DNA from: an uncultured virus (IMG/VR IMGVR_UViG_3300026125_000001)
Taxonomy: Duplodnaviria; Heunggongvirae; Uroviricota; Caudoviricetes
DNA: 64,000 nucleotides
IMG/VR virus record: IMGVR_UViG_3300026125_000001
Strand: one strand, 5' to 3'
Part shown: positions 44,277 to 55,901 of the stretch, in pieces
Position numbering within the stretch: the stretch's first letter is position 1
Layout of the letters: the number at the start of each line of letters is the position of its first letter
Notes under the pieces: generated by a model
Told to the model about the DNA's origin: nothing
The model's database searches: none
Seen by the model: only the letters and a program-made list of their open reading frames with translations
Program-made: the position numbers and the translations under genes

Positions 44277-44480
44277 TTATTTACCCATTAGTTCTGTGAA
44301 ATCTTTAATGGCTTTTTCAGCTTCAGCAGCAGACTTGAAAACGTCTAGCTTCTCGCCGTCAATATAGCCAACGAATTTACCGCCTTCTTTTTTGATAACA
44401 GCTTTGTAGCCTTTACCAACTTTGAAGCTTTTGACTTCTTCCTTTGCTTCGGAGATAAATTCTTTAAATTTGATAGCCAT
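44277..44480 (-). CDS. Small internal head protein
   Basis: N-terminal KFKEFISE capsid-targeting-like motif. Confidence 0.6.
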   Translation of the reverse strand: MAIKFKEFISEAKEEVKSFKVGKGYKAVIKKEGGKFVGYIDGEKLDVFKSAAEAEKAIKDFTELMGK

Positions 44481-44495
44481 TAGTTCTATACCTTA

Positions 44496-44503
44496 TATTT
44501 ATA
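44496..44503 (-). promoter_or_regulatory. Late promoter TATAAATA
   Basis: Exact consensus. Confidence 0.8.
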
Positions 44504-44510
44504 AGTTTTA

Positions 44511-45977
44511 TTATTTCTGGAGAGCCAAGTACTTATTAACTGTTAACAACGCTTGTAATCTTTCACCAGCGCTTCCTGCCACAACCATATCAGCAATAAG
44601 TTTATTCCACACTGCATCAGAAATAGCATCTGCCGCGCCAGCATCAATCTGTACAGAAGTAGCAAGCGATTCACGGTTAAGAGTTTCGTCTATGACAGTG
44701 GCACCGTTAGTCTCATCAACAAACTTACCTGTACCACGAGCAACCATTGTACCGAGCACACAAGACGAATCGAATGTTAGACTACCAGCAAGCAATTCAA
44801 CCGTAACACGATCGTCTACATTATCACAGTCTTTGATTGTCAGACCACCGCTGTATCCACGAACGCTCAACTGAGAAGCACCGCCAGAGTTCATACTAAT
44901 AGTTGGACGGTTTGTTCCAGGGATACCCGAAGCACAATCTTTCATGAAGATATTGCCACCTTCAATAGCGAACAAGTCTCCGCCAAGAGCACAGTTCTCA
45001 AAGAAGCCTTCAAGATAAGCGCCATTAAGTAATAACGAATCACGCACGATTACACCGCCACGAGTGTTCTGATTACCTGACGTATATAGTCCTTTAAATT
45101 TAATCTCTGAGAAGTGACATCCTTGAATACTAAAGCCATTACAGTCAAACTCTGGTAATCCTATACCCTTAATATCAAAGTTCTTAATATTACGATCTAG
45201 TTGAACATCGCCACTTATTTGTAGCTCACGAATACCGTCAATCTCAGCACGGTCAATGGCTGACGACAAGTTGTTGAACGGATGTTCTTGAGATCCATCG
45301 CCATTAACTTCAGCATCAACATCAATATACAAACGCTTGTGAAGTTCTTTAATGTAATTGACAAGATGCCCGAACGTACCATCACCATCGTGAGAAGCAT
45401 ATGCCCTATCCCAAACAGATGTAGCAACTTCTTCAGCTGTAGGACCAGACGGTGACGTTAGGGTACGATTCTCAGCATTCCAAACAGTAGTTGAGATAGA
45501 CTCACTAGACAAACCAAATGCGCTGAGGTCTGGTGTAATTTGGTCAACGAGGGATGCCCTTGTCAACGATACAGAAGCGCCAACAGCAAACAAGAATGGT
45601 GAATCACCTTCTCGGGTGTATAGGTTTCCGATAACATTTAACAGATAAGAACCGCCTGATGCATATGGCTGAATACGCCACCCATTCTCGAGGAAGAACG
45701 TAGAACCCAACGATGATGTTTGAGATATGGCGTCACCACCGATAGCAGTGAATGCTATCGGAAAACCAGCAGCAACCTGTTTATCTTTAGAACCCGCTAT
45801 CCACTCTTTCCAAGCAGAGTATAGATCCCGTTTGACATCAAGTTCAGTCACTCCAATATTAACATAAATGACTTTATTAGGTCCATCAAATGCGACCTTC
45901 TGGTCACCATACAACCCATTGGCAGGATCGTATACTGACCAGAATTCATAATGTCCGTAATGGAGCGAAGACCACAT
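44511..45977 (-). CDS. Virion structural protein with beta-helix-like region
   Basis: TAATG coupling; repeated A..VW; GDGSQEHPF..L..AI. Confidence 0.6.
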   Translation of the reverse strand: MWSSLHYGHYEFWSVYDPANGLYGDQKVAFDGPNKVIYVNIGVTELDVKRDLYSAWKEWIAGSKDKQVAAGFPIAFTAIGGDAISQTSSLGSTFFLENGWRIQPYASGGSYLLNVIGNLYTREGDSPFLFAVGASVSLTRASLVDQITPDLSAFGLSSESISTTVWNAENRTLTSPSGPTAEEVATSVWDRAYASHDGDGTFGHLVNYIKELHKRLYIDVDAEVNGDGSQEHPFNNLSSAIDRAEIDGIRELQISGDVQLDRNIKNFDIKGIGLPEFDCNGFSIQGCHFSEIKFKGLYTSGNQNTRGGVIVRDSLLLNGAYLEGFFENCALGGDLFAIEGGNIFMKDCASGIPGTNRPTISMNSGGASQLSVRGYSGGLTIKDCDNVDDRVTVELLAGSLTFDSSCVLGTMVARGTGKFVDETNGATVIDETLNRESLATSVQIDAGAADAISDAVWNKLIADMVVAGSAGERLQALLTVNKYLALQK

Positions 45978-48088
45978 TACTGCTGAATCTCCGACCAACC
46001 AAGGTTGAAGTGGATAGTCACATCACCCGCAGTTGCTTGTTTAGCAATAGTAGGCGGAAGAGGTTTACATACAGCAACGAAGTACATTTGATCCCCATAG
46101 TCGCCACCCATCATACCAAAATTAGTAGCAGTCAATCCTTGTGTGATTACAGGATTCTTGAACTCAATGTCGTGATACAATTCTGCTTGGTTAACAGCAG
46201 TGATTCGTAGGTAATAGCGATTCTCGCGCGCGGCTGTGATATTAAGACCGTTAGTAGCATCTGTACCTAATGTGCCTTCAATACCTTTAAATGCGACTGG
46301 ATAGCCTTCACGGTGTCGCATACCCGTTGCCATAGTAACAACTGTCGGTGTTGTACCATCTGGGCTAGGGGTAATGCTATCAACAGGATGAATTGTAGAT
46401 CCACCCTGTTCAGCATAGTTCTTAAATGAACCATCCTGTAGGTTAGTATATACGTTTGAAATGTCGACACGAGCGTAACCTTTCATGTATTGAGCATGAA
46501 CGTGTATACCACCACCCCAGAACTTAGGACGATCCGCGAATGTGTAACTAGCAGGTTTAAACACTTCAATACCGTTATCTTCCAAAGGAGTAACAGGTAC
46601 CATCCAAGCAGTGGCTCCATCGGTGATCTGGTCTTGATTGATTGGGAATGACTTAGTTCCACCACCAATAATAGAATCCGCATATACTTCAAGTTCAACG
46701 AATGCCTCTGATCCATCAGCGTGATATGCCAATGCTTCCATATAGTTAGGGAGGTATACCGATCTATTTGATTTATCAGCGGATAAAGTTCCCGCAGGAA
46801 TAGATTTAACAGGCGATAATACACCGATTAACTCATACTCACTATTATTTTCAATGTTAGTTGGATCAAATGTTTTTGTCATTGTTTCCAAACGGTTTTT
46901 ACCTAGAGCAGACACATCAACTGCATGCTCTGTATGAACAGATGCACACCACGCAAGCATTACAGATTCTGATATCTGAGTCTGAGTGGTAGTCTGAGCA
47001 AACTTAATTGGCAATGAAGCAGTTTGTGTATGTGGTTTACCGTTATTCAATTCACCTTCATGATAATATTCGTGAATTACAATACGTTCTCCGCGATGGT
47101 ACGTACCAAAACGAACACGACCAGCGCCAAGCCACTGAACGTCAATCCAGTAGATATTGTCATTAGTCAGGTGGAGATTCATCTGAGAATCGCCCGTACC
47201 GTCTACTGGATCACCGTTAAAGTCTGCGCTGGTTATAACAGTTTCAGTAACAGTTCCAGATGTTGATGTACGAACAACACATTTTAAACCATTCGTAGAG
47301 TCATCACAACGGAAGAAGTATCCATTAAATCGGTCAAAGTAACCCCATTCACGGTCGACACCATCTCGTCCTGTATCACCAAGCGCAACAGTCATCATTG
47401 CTACTTGTGAAAAGCCAGGGAAGTAATGATGGTATGTGTTAGAAACGTGAGCAACTTTGTCAAGACCTGCATTAGGGTCAAACGAACCAGCGGCAGGAAC
47501 ACCAGCGGGGTTGATTAGTTTAATTGCTCTTAGATTAGAATCATGCTCTAAAGATGCATTGCCTATAATCTTTGTGGAAAAGTCAGCTGGTGATCGATTA
47601 TATGTAAACGTGTAATCACCTAATGATGTACCAGAAGAAACACGTAATGATCCGAATGCGTCCAGCTGCGGAAGACCTTCCGAGAACCGCACGTTCATTG
47701 AACCTGTGTTATCGACTTCTACAGTATTATCAGGCTTACTACCACCTACAATAGCACCATAAGGGATATAAATCATGTCAACATTTGCGCCTATAGTAGC
47801 GACCTGTTGACCTTCATAACTAATGATATCACCCTGAATAGGAAGAGGTGCATTGTTGATAATATCAGACTGTTTTAGTTTTATTCCAACATTACCAGTC
47901 TCGCCATTTAACCCTTTGAACACTGTGACAGTAAGGGTGGTGCTTCCGGTGATGGTGTATGTGCCACCTTCTTCCCATACGTGACCGCCTGTGTTTCCGG
48001 TAAAATTAACACGTAGATAAGGGTTATGTCTAATCTTTTTACCAGTGCTGTCAGGTGGGACTTGAACCCATGTTTGTTCGCCTGCCAT
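45977..48088 (-). CDS. Large virion protein with lectin/jelly-roll-like domain
   Basis: VQVPPDSTGKK, DAFG.LRVS, IYWID.QWLGAGRVRFG. Confidence 0.6.
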   Translation of the reverse strand: MAGEQTWVQVPPDSTGKKIRHNPYLRVNFTGNTGGHVWEEGGTYTITGSTTLTVTVFKGLNGETGNVGIKLKQSDIINNAPLPIQGDIISYEGQQVATIGANVDMIYIPYGAIVGGSKPDNTVEVDNTGSMNVRFSEGLPQLDAFGSLRVSSGTSLGDYTFTYNRSPADFSTKIIGNASLEHDSNLRAIKLINPAGVPAAGSFDPNAGLDKVAHVSNTYHHYFPGFSQVAMMTVALGDTGRDGVDREWGYFDRFNGYFFRCDDSTNGLKCVVRTSTSGTVTETVITSADFNGDPVDGTGDSQMNLHLTNDNIYWIDVQWLGAGRVRFGTYHRGERIVIHEYYHEGELNNGKPHTQTASLPIKFAQTTTQTQISESVMLAWCASVHTEHAVDVSALGKNRLETMTKTFDPTNIENNSEYELIGVLSPVKSIPAGTLSADKSNRSVYLPNYMEALAYHADGSEAFVELEVYADSIIGGGTKSFPINQDQITDGATAWMVPVTPLEDNGIEVFKPASYTFADRPKFWGGGIHVHAQYMKGYARVDISNVYTNLQDGSFKNYAEQGGSTIHPVDSITPSPDGTTPTVVTMATGMRHREGYPVAFKGIEGTLGTDATNGLNITAARENRYYLRITAVNQAELYHDIEFKNPVITQGLTATNFGMMGGDYGDQMYFVAVCKPLPPTIAKQATAGDVTIHFNLGWSEIQQ

Positions 48089-48123
48089 ATAAAAATCTCT
48101 TATAAATTAGTTCATTATGTAGT

Positions 48124-48131
48124 TATTTATA
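48124..48131 (-). promoter_or_regulatory. Late promoter TATAAATA
   Basis: Exact consensus abutting a hairpin. Confidence 0.75.
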
Positions 48132-48153
48132 AGGGGGCTTTCGCCCCCTTTTT
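48131..48153. terminator. Terminator-like hairpin
   Basis: AAGGGGGC-TTTC-GCCCCCTT. Confidence 0.7.
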
Positions 48154-48162
48154 CATACCCAA

Positions 48163-49812
48163 TTAGGCTGGGTTATCGTAGTTACGTTCCTGAGCCGGAG
48201 CAAGTAGGATCGACTGACCAGTAGCTTTGGTGATAGTAGACGTTACAGAAGCAAACTGACCGCTTTCCAAACCGATACCAACTACAATTACATCAGCATC
48301 TTGGTCCGCAGTACGTAGACCACCCGCAGTTTCCTGAGTGTACTTGAATGTAAATGGTACAGAAGAACCGCTGTATGTGCCAGCAATGTCAACACCATCT
48401 CTATCCTTAACGATAGTAGCGTTAGCGCCACCATACTCATCAGCCGCTGTACCAAGATCAAGCGAACCAGAGTTGTAGAACATCCAGTACTTGTAAACGC
48501 CTGAACCAGCGTTCGCACCGAAGTTAATTACACCAGATGCAATGAATGGGTAGATGATTGGGGTTGATTTAGCAGTATCAGTAGATTCGTAGAATGTTAC
48601 TGAGTTCAAGAAGGCACTGTTAAGGTTACTGATGTATGTACCAGGTTCACCAACAAGCGTACTACCTACGAAGCCAAGCAATTGTGCCTGAGTGTCACCA
48701 ATAACTGTACCAGCGCCAGTGTCAATATCAGTCGGAGAAGGCTGACGTAGCAAGTACTGAACTTTCTCGTAGATCTCGTTTGTTGTAGCAGTACCAGCAG
48801 AATCGTTCACATCTACTGTGTATGACTCATCAGTTGTATCTTCGTTTACGTCGATACCAGTGATTGCTGTTGTGAAGTCAATCGTGATGTTAGCGTGAAC
48901 AGAAGTGACAGCTGTACCAGAGACGAATGCTCCTGGATCGTTAGTGATAGCTACCGAGAAGTGAGTACCGTCACTCTTAGCAGTTACAGCGTATGTTCCA
49001 TCGTAAGTTGACGGAGTCATACCGCTAATGTATACGCGAGAACCAATTTCAAGATCAGCTGAACTTGTTACTGTAAACTCAGCAACACCACCTGTCCAAG
49101 TCGCGCCTGTAATAGTATCGCTGTACTCAATGTGAGCATCAGATGCGGTGATGTTTAGGTCAGTAGCATTTGATAGTGGGAATCGGTATACGATATATGA
49201 CAGTAAGTTCGCACCGATCGAAGCGTTAGTAGCAGATGAGTAAGTCTTACCCTGAATGCGGTTAAACAATGTTAAGTCTGCACCAGTGCTCTGCTGGAAG
49301 TAGTTGACGTTTCCGTTAGAAACATCGCCGAAGATCTGAATACCTTCGTTGATAGGACCAGGGAATGTGAAGTCGTCTTTTACATCAGTGTTCCACTGGA
49401 AGTAAGATGTATCAGTTTCTGCCAATGTACCCAACGTCACCACGCCCATGTAGCGACGAATTACGTTCTGACCATTGGTGTCATACTCAGTCCAACCACA
49501 AGTACGAAGTGCTTTACGAGTTACATCGTTAGCAAGAGTCCAACCATTGATGAAGTCGAACTGTTCTGGTGTGATTGCTTCCATTGGGAATGGATATTTA
49601 ATGTAGGTTGAAGAGTTACGCCACAAGATCTTGAGGGCAGAGTAAAGTGCCTGACCAGTGATACCATCAGATGACGCTGGCAGGATACCTGATCCAGGGG
49701 TGATAGTAATAGTTTTAGTTGTTTCATCAACGACAAGAGGTGCTAATGGTGTTGTACCAGTATCCCCGCCGCTAATAAGATCCGTAGGATCTGTTAGAAT
49801 AAGTGTTGCCAT
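48163..49812 (-). CDS. T/G/S-rich virion structural protein
   Basis: Own late promoter and downstream hairpin; beta-rich. Confidence 0.65.
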   Translation of the reverse strand: MATLILTDPTDLISGGDTGTTPLAPLVVDETTKTITITPGSGILPASSDGITGQALYSALKILWRNSSTYIKYPFPMEAITPEQFDFINGWTLANDVTRKALRTCGWTEYDTNGQNVIRRYMGVVTLGTLAETDTSYFQWNTDVKDDFTFPGPINEGIQIFGDVSNGNVNYFQQSTGADLTLFNRIQGKTYSSATNASIGANLLSYIVYRFPLSNATDLNITASDAHIEYSDTITGATWTGGVAEFTVTSSADLEIGSRVYISGMTPSTYDGTYAVTAKSDGTHFSVAITNDPGAFVSGTAVTSVHANITIDFTTAITGIDVNEDTTDESYTVDVNDSAGTATTNEIYEKVQYLLRQPSPTDIDTGAGTVIGDTQAQLLGFVGSTLVGEPGTYISNLNSAFLNSVTFYESTDTAKSTPIIYPFIASGVINFGANAGSGVYKYWMFYNSGSLDLGTAADEYGGANATIVKDRDGVDIAGTYSGSSVPFTFKYTQETAGGLRTADQDADVIVVGIGLESGQFASVTSTITKATGQSILLAPAQERNYDNPA

Positions 49813-49853
49813 TCGAATGACTCCGTTTTGAGTGTTTTGTTATATAACGTCTA

Positions 49854-49861
49854 TATTTATA
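49854..49861 (-). promoter_or_regulatory. Late promoter TATAAATA
   Basis: Exact consensus. Confidence 0.8.
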
Positions 49862-49865
49862 AAAA

Positions 49866-50066
49866 TTAACCTTCCTCGGGGACGTATTGTACAAACATTA
49901 CAGCAGTTTCTGAAGAAGCGCCTACAACGCCTCCACCTAACTGTGTAATGGTTACTTGCTGTCCAAGGATGTTAACTGAGTCACCCACCTTATACGGTGA
50001 AAAATCAAATTCAAATTCTATGTTTTTAAGAAATTCAACAGTAGATTCTACCACTCTATACTTCAT
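49866..50066 (-). CDS. Hypothetical protein
   Basis: AGGA SD; co-oriented. Confidence 0.6.
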   Translation of the reverse strand: MKYRVVESTVEFLKNIEFEFDFSPYKVGDSVNILGQQVTITQLGGGVVGASSETAVMFVQYVPEEG

Positions 50067-50074
50067 ATTTATTC

Positions 50075-51664
50075 CTATGGATTAAAGAAATTTCGGTCAA
50101 CAGTTTGAGTTGCCAAGAAAGTCTGACCACTGATTGACGGTAATGTAAATGGCTGGTAGATATCACTCCACCCCTCAGAGAATACCACTATGTTAACAGC
50201 AGTACCGCCTTGAGTGTGGCTAATCGTGTGTTGGAAACGAGGATCACCGGCAGTGCTGTTTACAGTATCTGATACAGCAGCGGACTCTGTGCCAGTACCA
50301 ACTTCAACGCCATCACTCTGACGGAATATACGAACCTCAGAGTCAGGTTTCAAGTTGTTGACTGTAAATGAAAGTGACGGAGCATTTACAACAATCGTAC
50401 CACCACCTGAAGCAGTAACATTTGCTTGCGCAACGTTACCGCCATTTGTTGGGTTGATAGTACAAGTGCCTGTACCTGTAAAGTCAACAGTCGCTGTTCC
50501 GATATTAGTGAAGTTCAGGTTATCGAACGTGTATGTGCCGGCAGAGGTGATCTTAATAGCAATGTTATTATTGTCAAAATTACAATCCGAAACTCCAGAA
50601 ATCTCAGTATCAGCATCAAGAGTCATTGCTCCTGTAGTATCGTTACTTGAGTTGAAGTTACAGTTTGTCATCGTAGCACCTTTCGGCGAAACGCTATTAC
50701 AACGACGGAATGTAGTTTCGTTGTTTACGGTGGTATTAGACGCAAATATGAATGTGCCCATGTCAGCAAAGGTACAACCACTTAGAGCAACAGTAGCGTT
50801 ATCGACACATTCCCAGTTACCGCGAGATACAGTACTCAAAGAAGATATCGAAACGTTTGTTAACGCAACATTTGAGCTCGCGTTATTGACTTCTATCCTA
50901 TTAAAGTTGGATGATACAAATTCTGTATTATCGATAGTTAAAACTTTGTTCTGGTCGCGGAAGTCTACAAGGGCAGCTGTTGTACCTAATGATAATAACC
51001 CTTTGAACAGATAAGAACCACCAACGTCCTGAAGAATACCCCAACGTCCAGTTGTAGGATTATCGTTAGCTATAGACGCGCCTGTAAAGTTTGCTGGGTT
51101 GTTTGTAGGGTCAGTATCGCCGCCTGTAATCTCTAGCGCCCCACGACCCCATCGAATATGGTCGATATTGTATGAGTTACCCTTAGCAATACCAACCGAT
51201 AGATCGCAACCAATACCAACGCCAGCGAAGGTAGTTCCTCCAGGGTTGCCTGTAGTCTGCGAAGGAGTTACGCGAGGGTCAACTGCATAATTTACCCAAC
51301 CGCCATAGGCATAGGTATCGCTACCCGAAATAAAAAATCGACGGAAGTTAGCGTTATTGTCGCCTATTAGAGCCTGTAAACCACCATTCGCTTTAGTGAG
51401 AAGAGCGTTAGGCGCAAAGAACTTAAACCATATAAAGAAAGCACCATCAGTCGGTAGAGTACGAGCAGTACCTGTATAAAACAAAGAACCTGCTCCAGAT
51501 TTACGCTGAGACTCTGTAACACAGACTGATCCATAGATTGCCAAGTCGGTATCAGCAACACCCGTGCCGTCAGTCGAGGTGAACCCCGATGCCTCTGAGA
51601 ATCCAGTTACAGACGAGCAATCTGTCTGTGTCGCTAGGTCTGTTGAATATGCAGGATTTGCCAT
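50075..51664 (-). CDS. Beta-helix-containing virion/fibre protein
   Basis: N/T/C-F repeats (NCNF, DCNF, NLNF). Confidence 0.6.
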   Translation of the reverse strand: MANPAYSTDLATQTDCSSVTGFSEASGFTSTDGTGVADTDLAIYGSVCVTESQRKSGAGSLFYTGTARTLPTDGAFFIWFKFFAPNALLTKANGGLQALIGDNNANFRRFFISGSDTYAYGGWVNYAVDPRVTPSQTTGNPGGTTFAGVGIGCDLSVGIAKGNSYNIDHIRWGRGALEITGGDTDPTNNPANFTGASIANDNPTTGRWGILQDVGGSYLFKGLLSLGTTAALVDFRDQNKVLTIDNTEFVSSNFNRIEVNNASSNVALTNVSISSLSTVSRGNWECVDNATVALSGCTFADMGTFIFASNTTVNNETTFRRCNSVSPKGATMTNCNFNSSNDTTGAMTLDADTEISGVSDCNFDNNNIAIKITSAGTYTFDNLNFTNIGTATVDFTGTGTCTINPTNGGNVAQANVTASGGGTIVVNAPSLSFTVNNLKPDSEVRIFRQSDGVEVGTGTESAAVSDTVNSTAGDPRFQHTISHTQGGTAVNIVVFSEGWSDIYQPFTLPSISGQTFLATQTVDRNFFNP

Positions 51665-52089
51665 TAGTTTTTATACCTTAGTGCTATCTCAAGCACTTTA
51701 TTAATATCGTGTCCTTTAGCACAACGAATATCTGTTATACCAGTTGAGAATGCTGCGATAACAACTGAGATACCTTTAGCATTCAACGACTTTATATACT
51801 CGCCCATTTGTATGGTATCCCAAGTATTAATTCTTCTCTCAGAAACCAACCCATAATAGATCTTGGTTGTAATCCTATCAAATATAACGCCTGAGCGATC
51901 TGGTCTTAGAGATTCGTTATATCCTTCATCGATGTAAACACAATTAAAGTTTACACATGACTCTGGGCGTTCTTCGTATATTGTACAACCTTTATCACAG
52001 AATGTACATTTGCTGTTTTCAGGTTTTGTCAGGGCTGTATCGTTTATAGGTAAAGAAATACAGCACTCATAACAACCATCACAATTCAT
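51664..52089 (-). CDS. YkgJ-like CxxCxxCC metal/Fe-S cluster protein
   Basis: CDGCYECC, C.IYE.RP.SC..F.C. Confidence 0.75.
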   Translation of the reverse strand: MNCDGCYECCISLPINDTALTKPENSKCTFCDKGCTIYEERPESCVNFNCVYIDEGYNESLRPDRSGVIFDRITTKIYYGLVSERRINTWDTIQMGEYIKSLNAKGISVVIAAFSTGITDIRCAKGHDINKVLEIALRYKN

Positions 52090-52441
52090 AATATAACTCT
52101 CTTAGATCTAAACTTGCTAGCAGTATTTATAGCCAGCTTTATAACTCTTATTCTAAAATCGCTTATGTCGCAGTATTCGAGCTCTTCGTAGAATACTCTA
52201 TTGGCTTCATCCCAGTTACCGTTGTTCTTGTCTATTAGATAGTCGTGAACAATAGCTGCTTTGAATATAGGTCCAGTCGGAGACATCAGTGTATGGAGGA
52301 ATACTGGAACACTCGCACCGTCAGTAACATAACCTTTCGGTACAAGTACTCCAGTATATGAAGTATAATCTTCAACCAACTCCCACTTTGCTCGTTTGTA
52401 GGGGTTTGACGGTTGAATGTATTTTACAATCACTTCATTCA

Positions 52442-52442
<1 letters not shown>
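52086..52442 (-). CDS. DUF1353-like protein
   Basis: VP.GYVTDGASVP, AAIVHDYL. Confidence 0.75.
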
Positions 52443-53632
<1,190 letters not shown>

Positions 53633-53638
53633 ATTATA

Positions 53639-55297
53639 TTACTCTTGTTCAATAAACTTAGTCATGCTCTGGATAAGCTTTAATTGCTCTGCTTCTAGCT
53701 CTTCATTACGCTGCGGTGTTTCAACCACCGGAGTTTCTTCCTCAACTATAGCAGGCTGAGTGTATTGAACGCTATCCGCAAAGCCATCGTCGTCTTCATC
53801 TTCAAGACCAGAACCTTCTTGTTCAATCTGCTTGACAATTTCTTCGATCTCTTCGTCGGTTTGCATAAGAACATTCTTACGAACCCACTCAACGCTGTAG
53901 TAGCGACCAACATATTCGTCAATCTCACGTAAAGTTGCTGCGCGGTTCATTAGCAATTCAGAGTTCTTCATCTCCGAAAAGTGAGAATCAGATATGAAGT
54001 CGATTGTAATATCTTGACTAATATCGTTCCATTCTTCTTCGGTCACGATACCCTTAAGAATCAGTTGAGTCTTTAGAATATCAATAAACAAGGCAGAGAA
54101 CTTCTTACGGAGACGATTGATAAACTTCTGAAATTTGAGTTCGTCGCGAGTAGTTTCCTGTGCACGCCCAAGAGATACCATAGCCTGCTGTTCAGGGTCT
54201 AGGCGAGAAATAGGAACGTTAAGCGCCTTGTAAAGTTTCTTCTGGAAGTACATGATGTCATCAATCTGACCAAGGTTTTCGCCGCCTGGAAGCGTGGTAA
54301 TTTCCGTACCACGACCGCCTTCACGACGAGGCAACCAGAAATCTTCAAGCATGGACATATGCTTGCGGTCATCCTTCATTTCGCCTGTAGTTGCGTCATA
54401 TACCATTTTGTTACGGTAGCGATTCATGATACCACGGAGGTATTCTTCCGCTTTACCCTTCGGCAAGTTACCAACATCGATATAGAAAATACGACGTTCT
54501 GGGGCGCGACTTAAACGGTAGATTACCAATGAATCTTCCATCATACGCAACTGGTTAACAGCTTTAACAGCTTTGTGTAGGTATGACTGAACTTGCGTAC
54601 GAGTAGGATCTAGTAGACCGCTTGTCACGTAGGTGACAGAATCCTTTGATATTTTTAATCCAGTACCAGAAGCAACACCATTGCCGCCAATACCTTGTTT
54701 CTCGTAGATGTAGTATTCTTCAGCACCGACTACTATTTCAGTTCCGGTTTTAGGGTCTTTGTCTTTTATTAGTTCTTTGACTTTACGGATTTTAGTTGCG
54801 TCGATAGGACGAAGTTCAACAATTCCGTTTTTAGGGTTCTTATCGTCAATAACTTTATGATAGTACAAGCGACCGTCAACGTACCATCTCCGGAAGATAT
54901 CGTGCCCATACCAGTTGATATTAAGCATTGAAACGATGTGTTCAAACTCAGCACGAATCATCTTCTTGATTTTATCGGGCTGGTCTAAGTCATCCATTAT
55001 AATATCGACTGGGGCTGAATCATCATCGGAAACTATGGCTTCCGAGACGATATCTTCAATAGCCATGTCGCATTCGGCTTGCTGCGCTGCGTCACGGTAT
55101 TTTAAAATCTGTTCCCTTTCATTCTTAGCGCGACCGCCTTCCATATCAACATAGGAGCCATAATGCCCCCCAGCGTCAACAACGTATCCGCCATCGTAAT
55201 CTTCTTTTGGAACAAACGATTGCTTTTTCTTTTCTTCCTTTTCGATCGACTTCGAGCGTGTAATTTCAAAACCGAAAAGGTTGATTCCGTCTGCCAT
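53639..55297 (-). CDS. 20: Portal protein gp20
   Basis: WYVDGR, RAPERRIFYIDVGN, EDFWLPRR. Confidence 0.97.
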   Translation of the reverse strand: MADGINLFGFEITRSKSIEKEEKKKQSFVPKEDYDGGYVVDAGGHYGSYVDMEGGRAKNEREQILKYRDAAQQAECDMAIEDIVSEAIVSDDDSAPVDIIMDDLDQPDKIKKMIRAEFEHIVSMLNINWYGHDIFRRWYVDGRLYYHKVIDDKNPKNGIVELRPIDATKIRKVKELIKDKDPKTGTEIVVGAEEYYIYEKQGIGGNGVASGTGLKISKDSVTYVTSGLLDPTRTQVQSYLHKAVKAVNQLRMMEDSLVIYRLSRAPERRIFYIDVGNLPKGKAEEYLRGIMNRYRNKMVYDATTGEMKDDRKHMSMLEDFWLPRREGGRGTEITTLPGGENLGQIDDIMYFQKKLYKALNVPISRLDPEQQAMVSLGRAQETTRDELKFQKFINRLRKKFSALFIDILKTQLILKGIVTEEEWNDISQDITIDFISDSHFSEMKNSELLMNRAATLREIDEYVGRYYSVEWVRKNVLMQTDEEIEEIVKQIEQEGSGLEDEDDDGFADSVQYTQPAIVEEETPVVETPQRNEELEAEQLKLIQSMTKFIEQE

Positions 55298-55318
55298 AGT
55301 TTATAAACCTCTTTCATT

Positions 55319-55342
55319 AAAAAGGGTGCCGAAGCACCCTTT
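55319..55342 (-). terminator. Terminator after gp19
   Basis: AAAGGGTGC-TTCG-GCACCCTTTTT. Confidence 0.85.
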
Positions 55343-55359
55343 ACACATATGCTTTAAGG

Positions 55360-55367
55360 TATTTATA
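55360..55367 (-). promoter_or_regulatory. Late promoter TATAAATA inside an inverted repeat
   Basis: Exact consensus. Confidence 0.6.
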
Positions 55368-55370
55368 ACC

Positions 55371-55895
55371 TTAAATTGTAGTGTTTGAAGTCCAGTACTG
55401 AACCTGCAGTTCAACGGTGAACTCTTCAATAGTGTTTTCAGAGTCGTAACTTACGTCAATTGCAGATACGTTAGTTGGGAAACAACCACGCATATCGTAA
55501 GTCTTGACAGTAACACCATTCTTATCAAGCTGATCAATTGCTAGATCTGCTTGGTAAAGAAGAGGATTAACCTGACCAAAGTTAGACGTGTGTCCATTGA
55601 TTAGGTTCATCCAGCTTTCAAACGCATTACGAACAGCAAAGTTTGTATCGTTGATTACAGTGATAGTCCACGGCTCGAATTCACGGTCGCCAGCAATCTT
55701 CAATTTACGTCCACGGAATGGGATTTCAATTGGGCTGATTACCGAAGCAGGTAGAGACGCAGCCTTACACATGTAAGACGTTAGGTCAACGTTGCCTGAA
55801 ACTCCAGGTGGAAAATTAACACGAACTTTAAACAGGTTCGCACGGGCACCGCCACCGATGAGACGGGCTTTAAACTGATCTACTTCCATTACCAT
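55371..55895 (-). CDS. 19: Tail tube protein gp19
   Basis: GGARANLF, GDREFEPWTITV.ND, IEEFTV. Confidence 0.95.
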   Translation of the reverse strand: MVMEVDQFKARLIGGGARANLFKVRVNFPPGVSGNVDLTSYMCKAASLPASVISPIEIPFRGRKLKIAGDREFEPWTITVINDTNFAVRNAFESWMNLINGHTSNFGQVNPLLYQADLAIDQLDKNGVTVKTYDMRGCFPTNVSAIDVSYDSENTIEEFTVELQVQYWTSNTTI

Positions 55896-55901
55896 GGTCT
55901 A

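Noticed and set aside
50355..51014. 219-aa plus-strand ORF and many other antisense ORFs in the track
   Set aside because: They shadow well-supported minus-strand genes and show no recognisable motif
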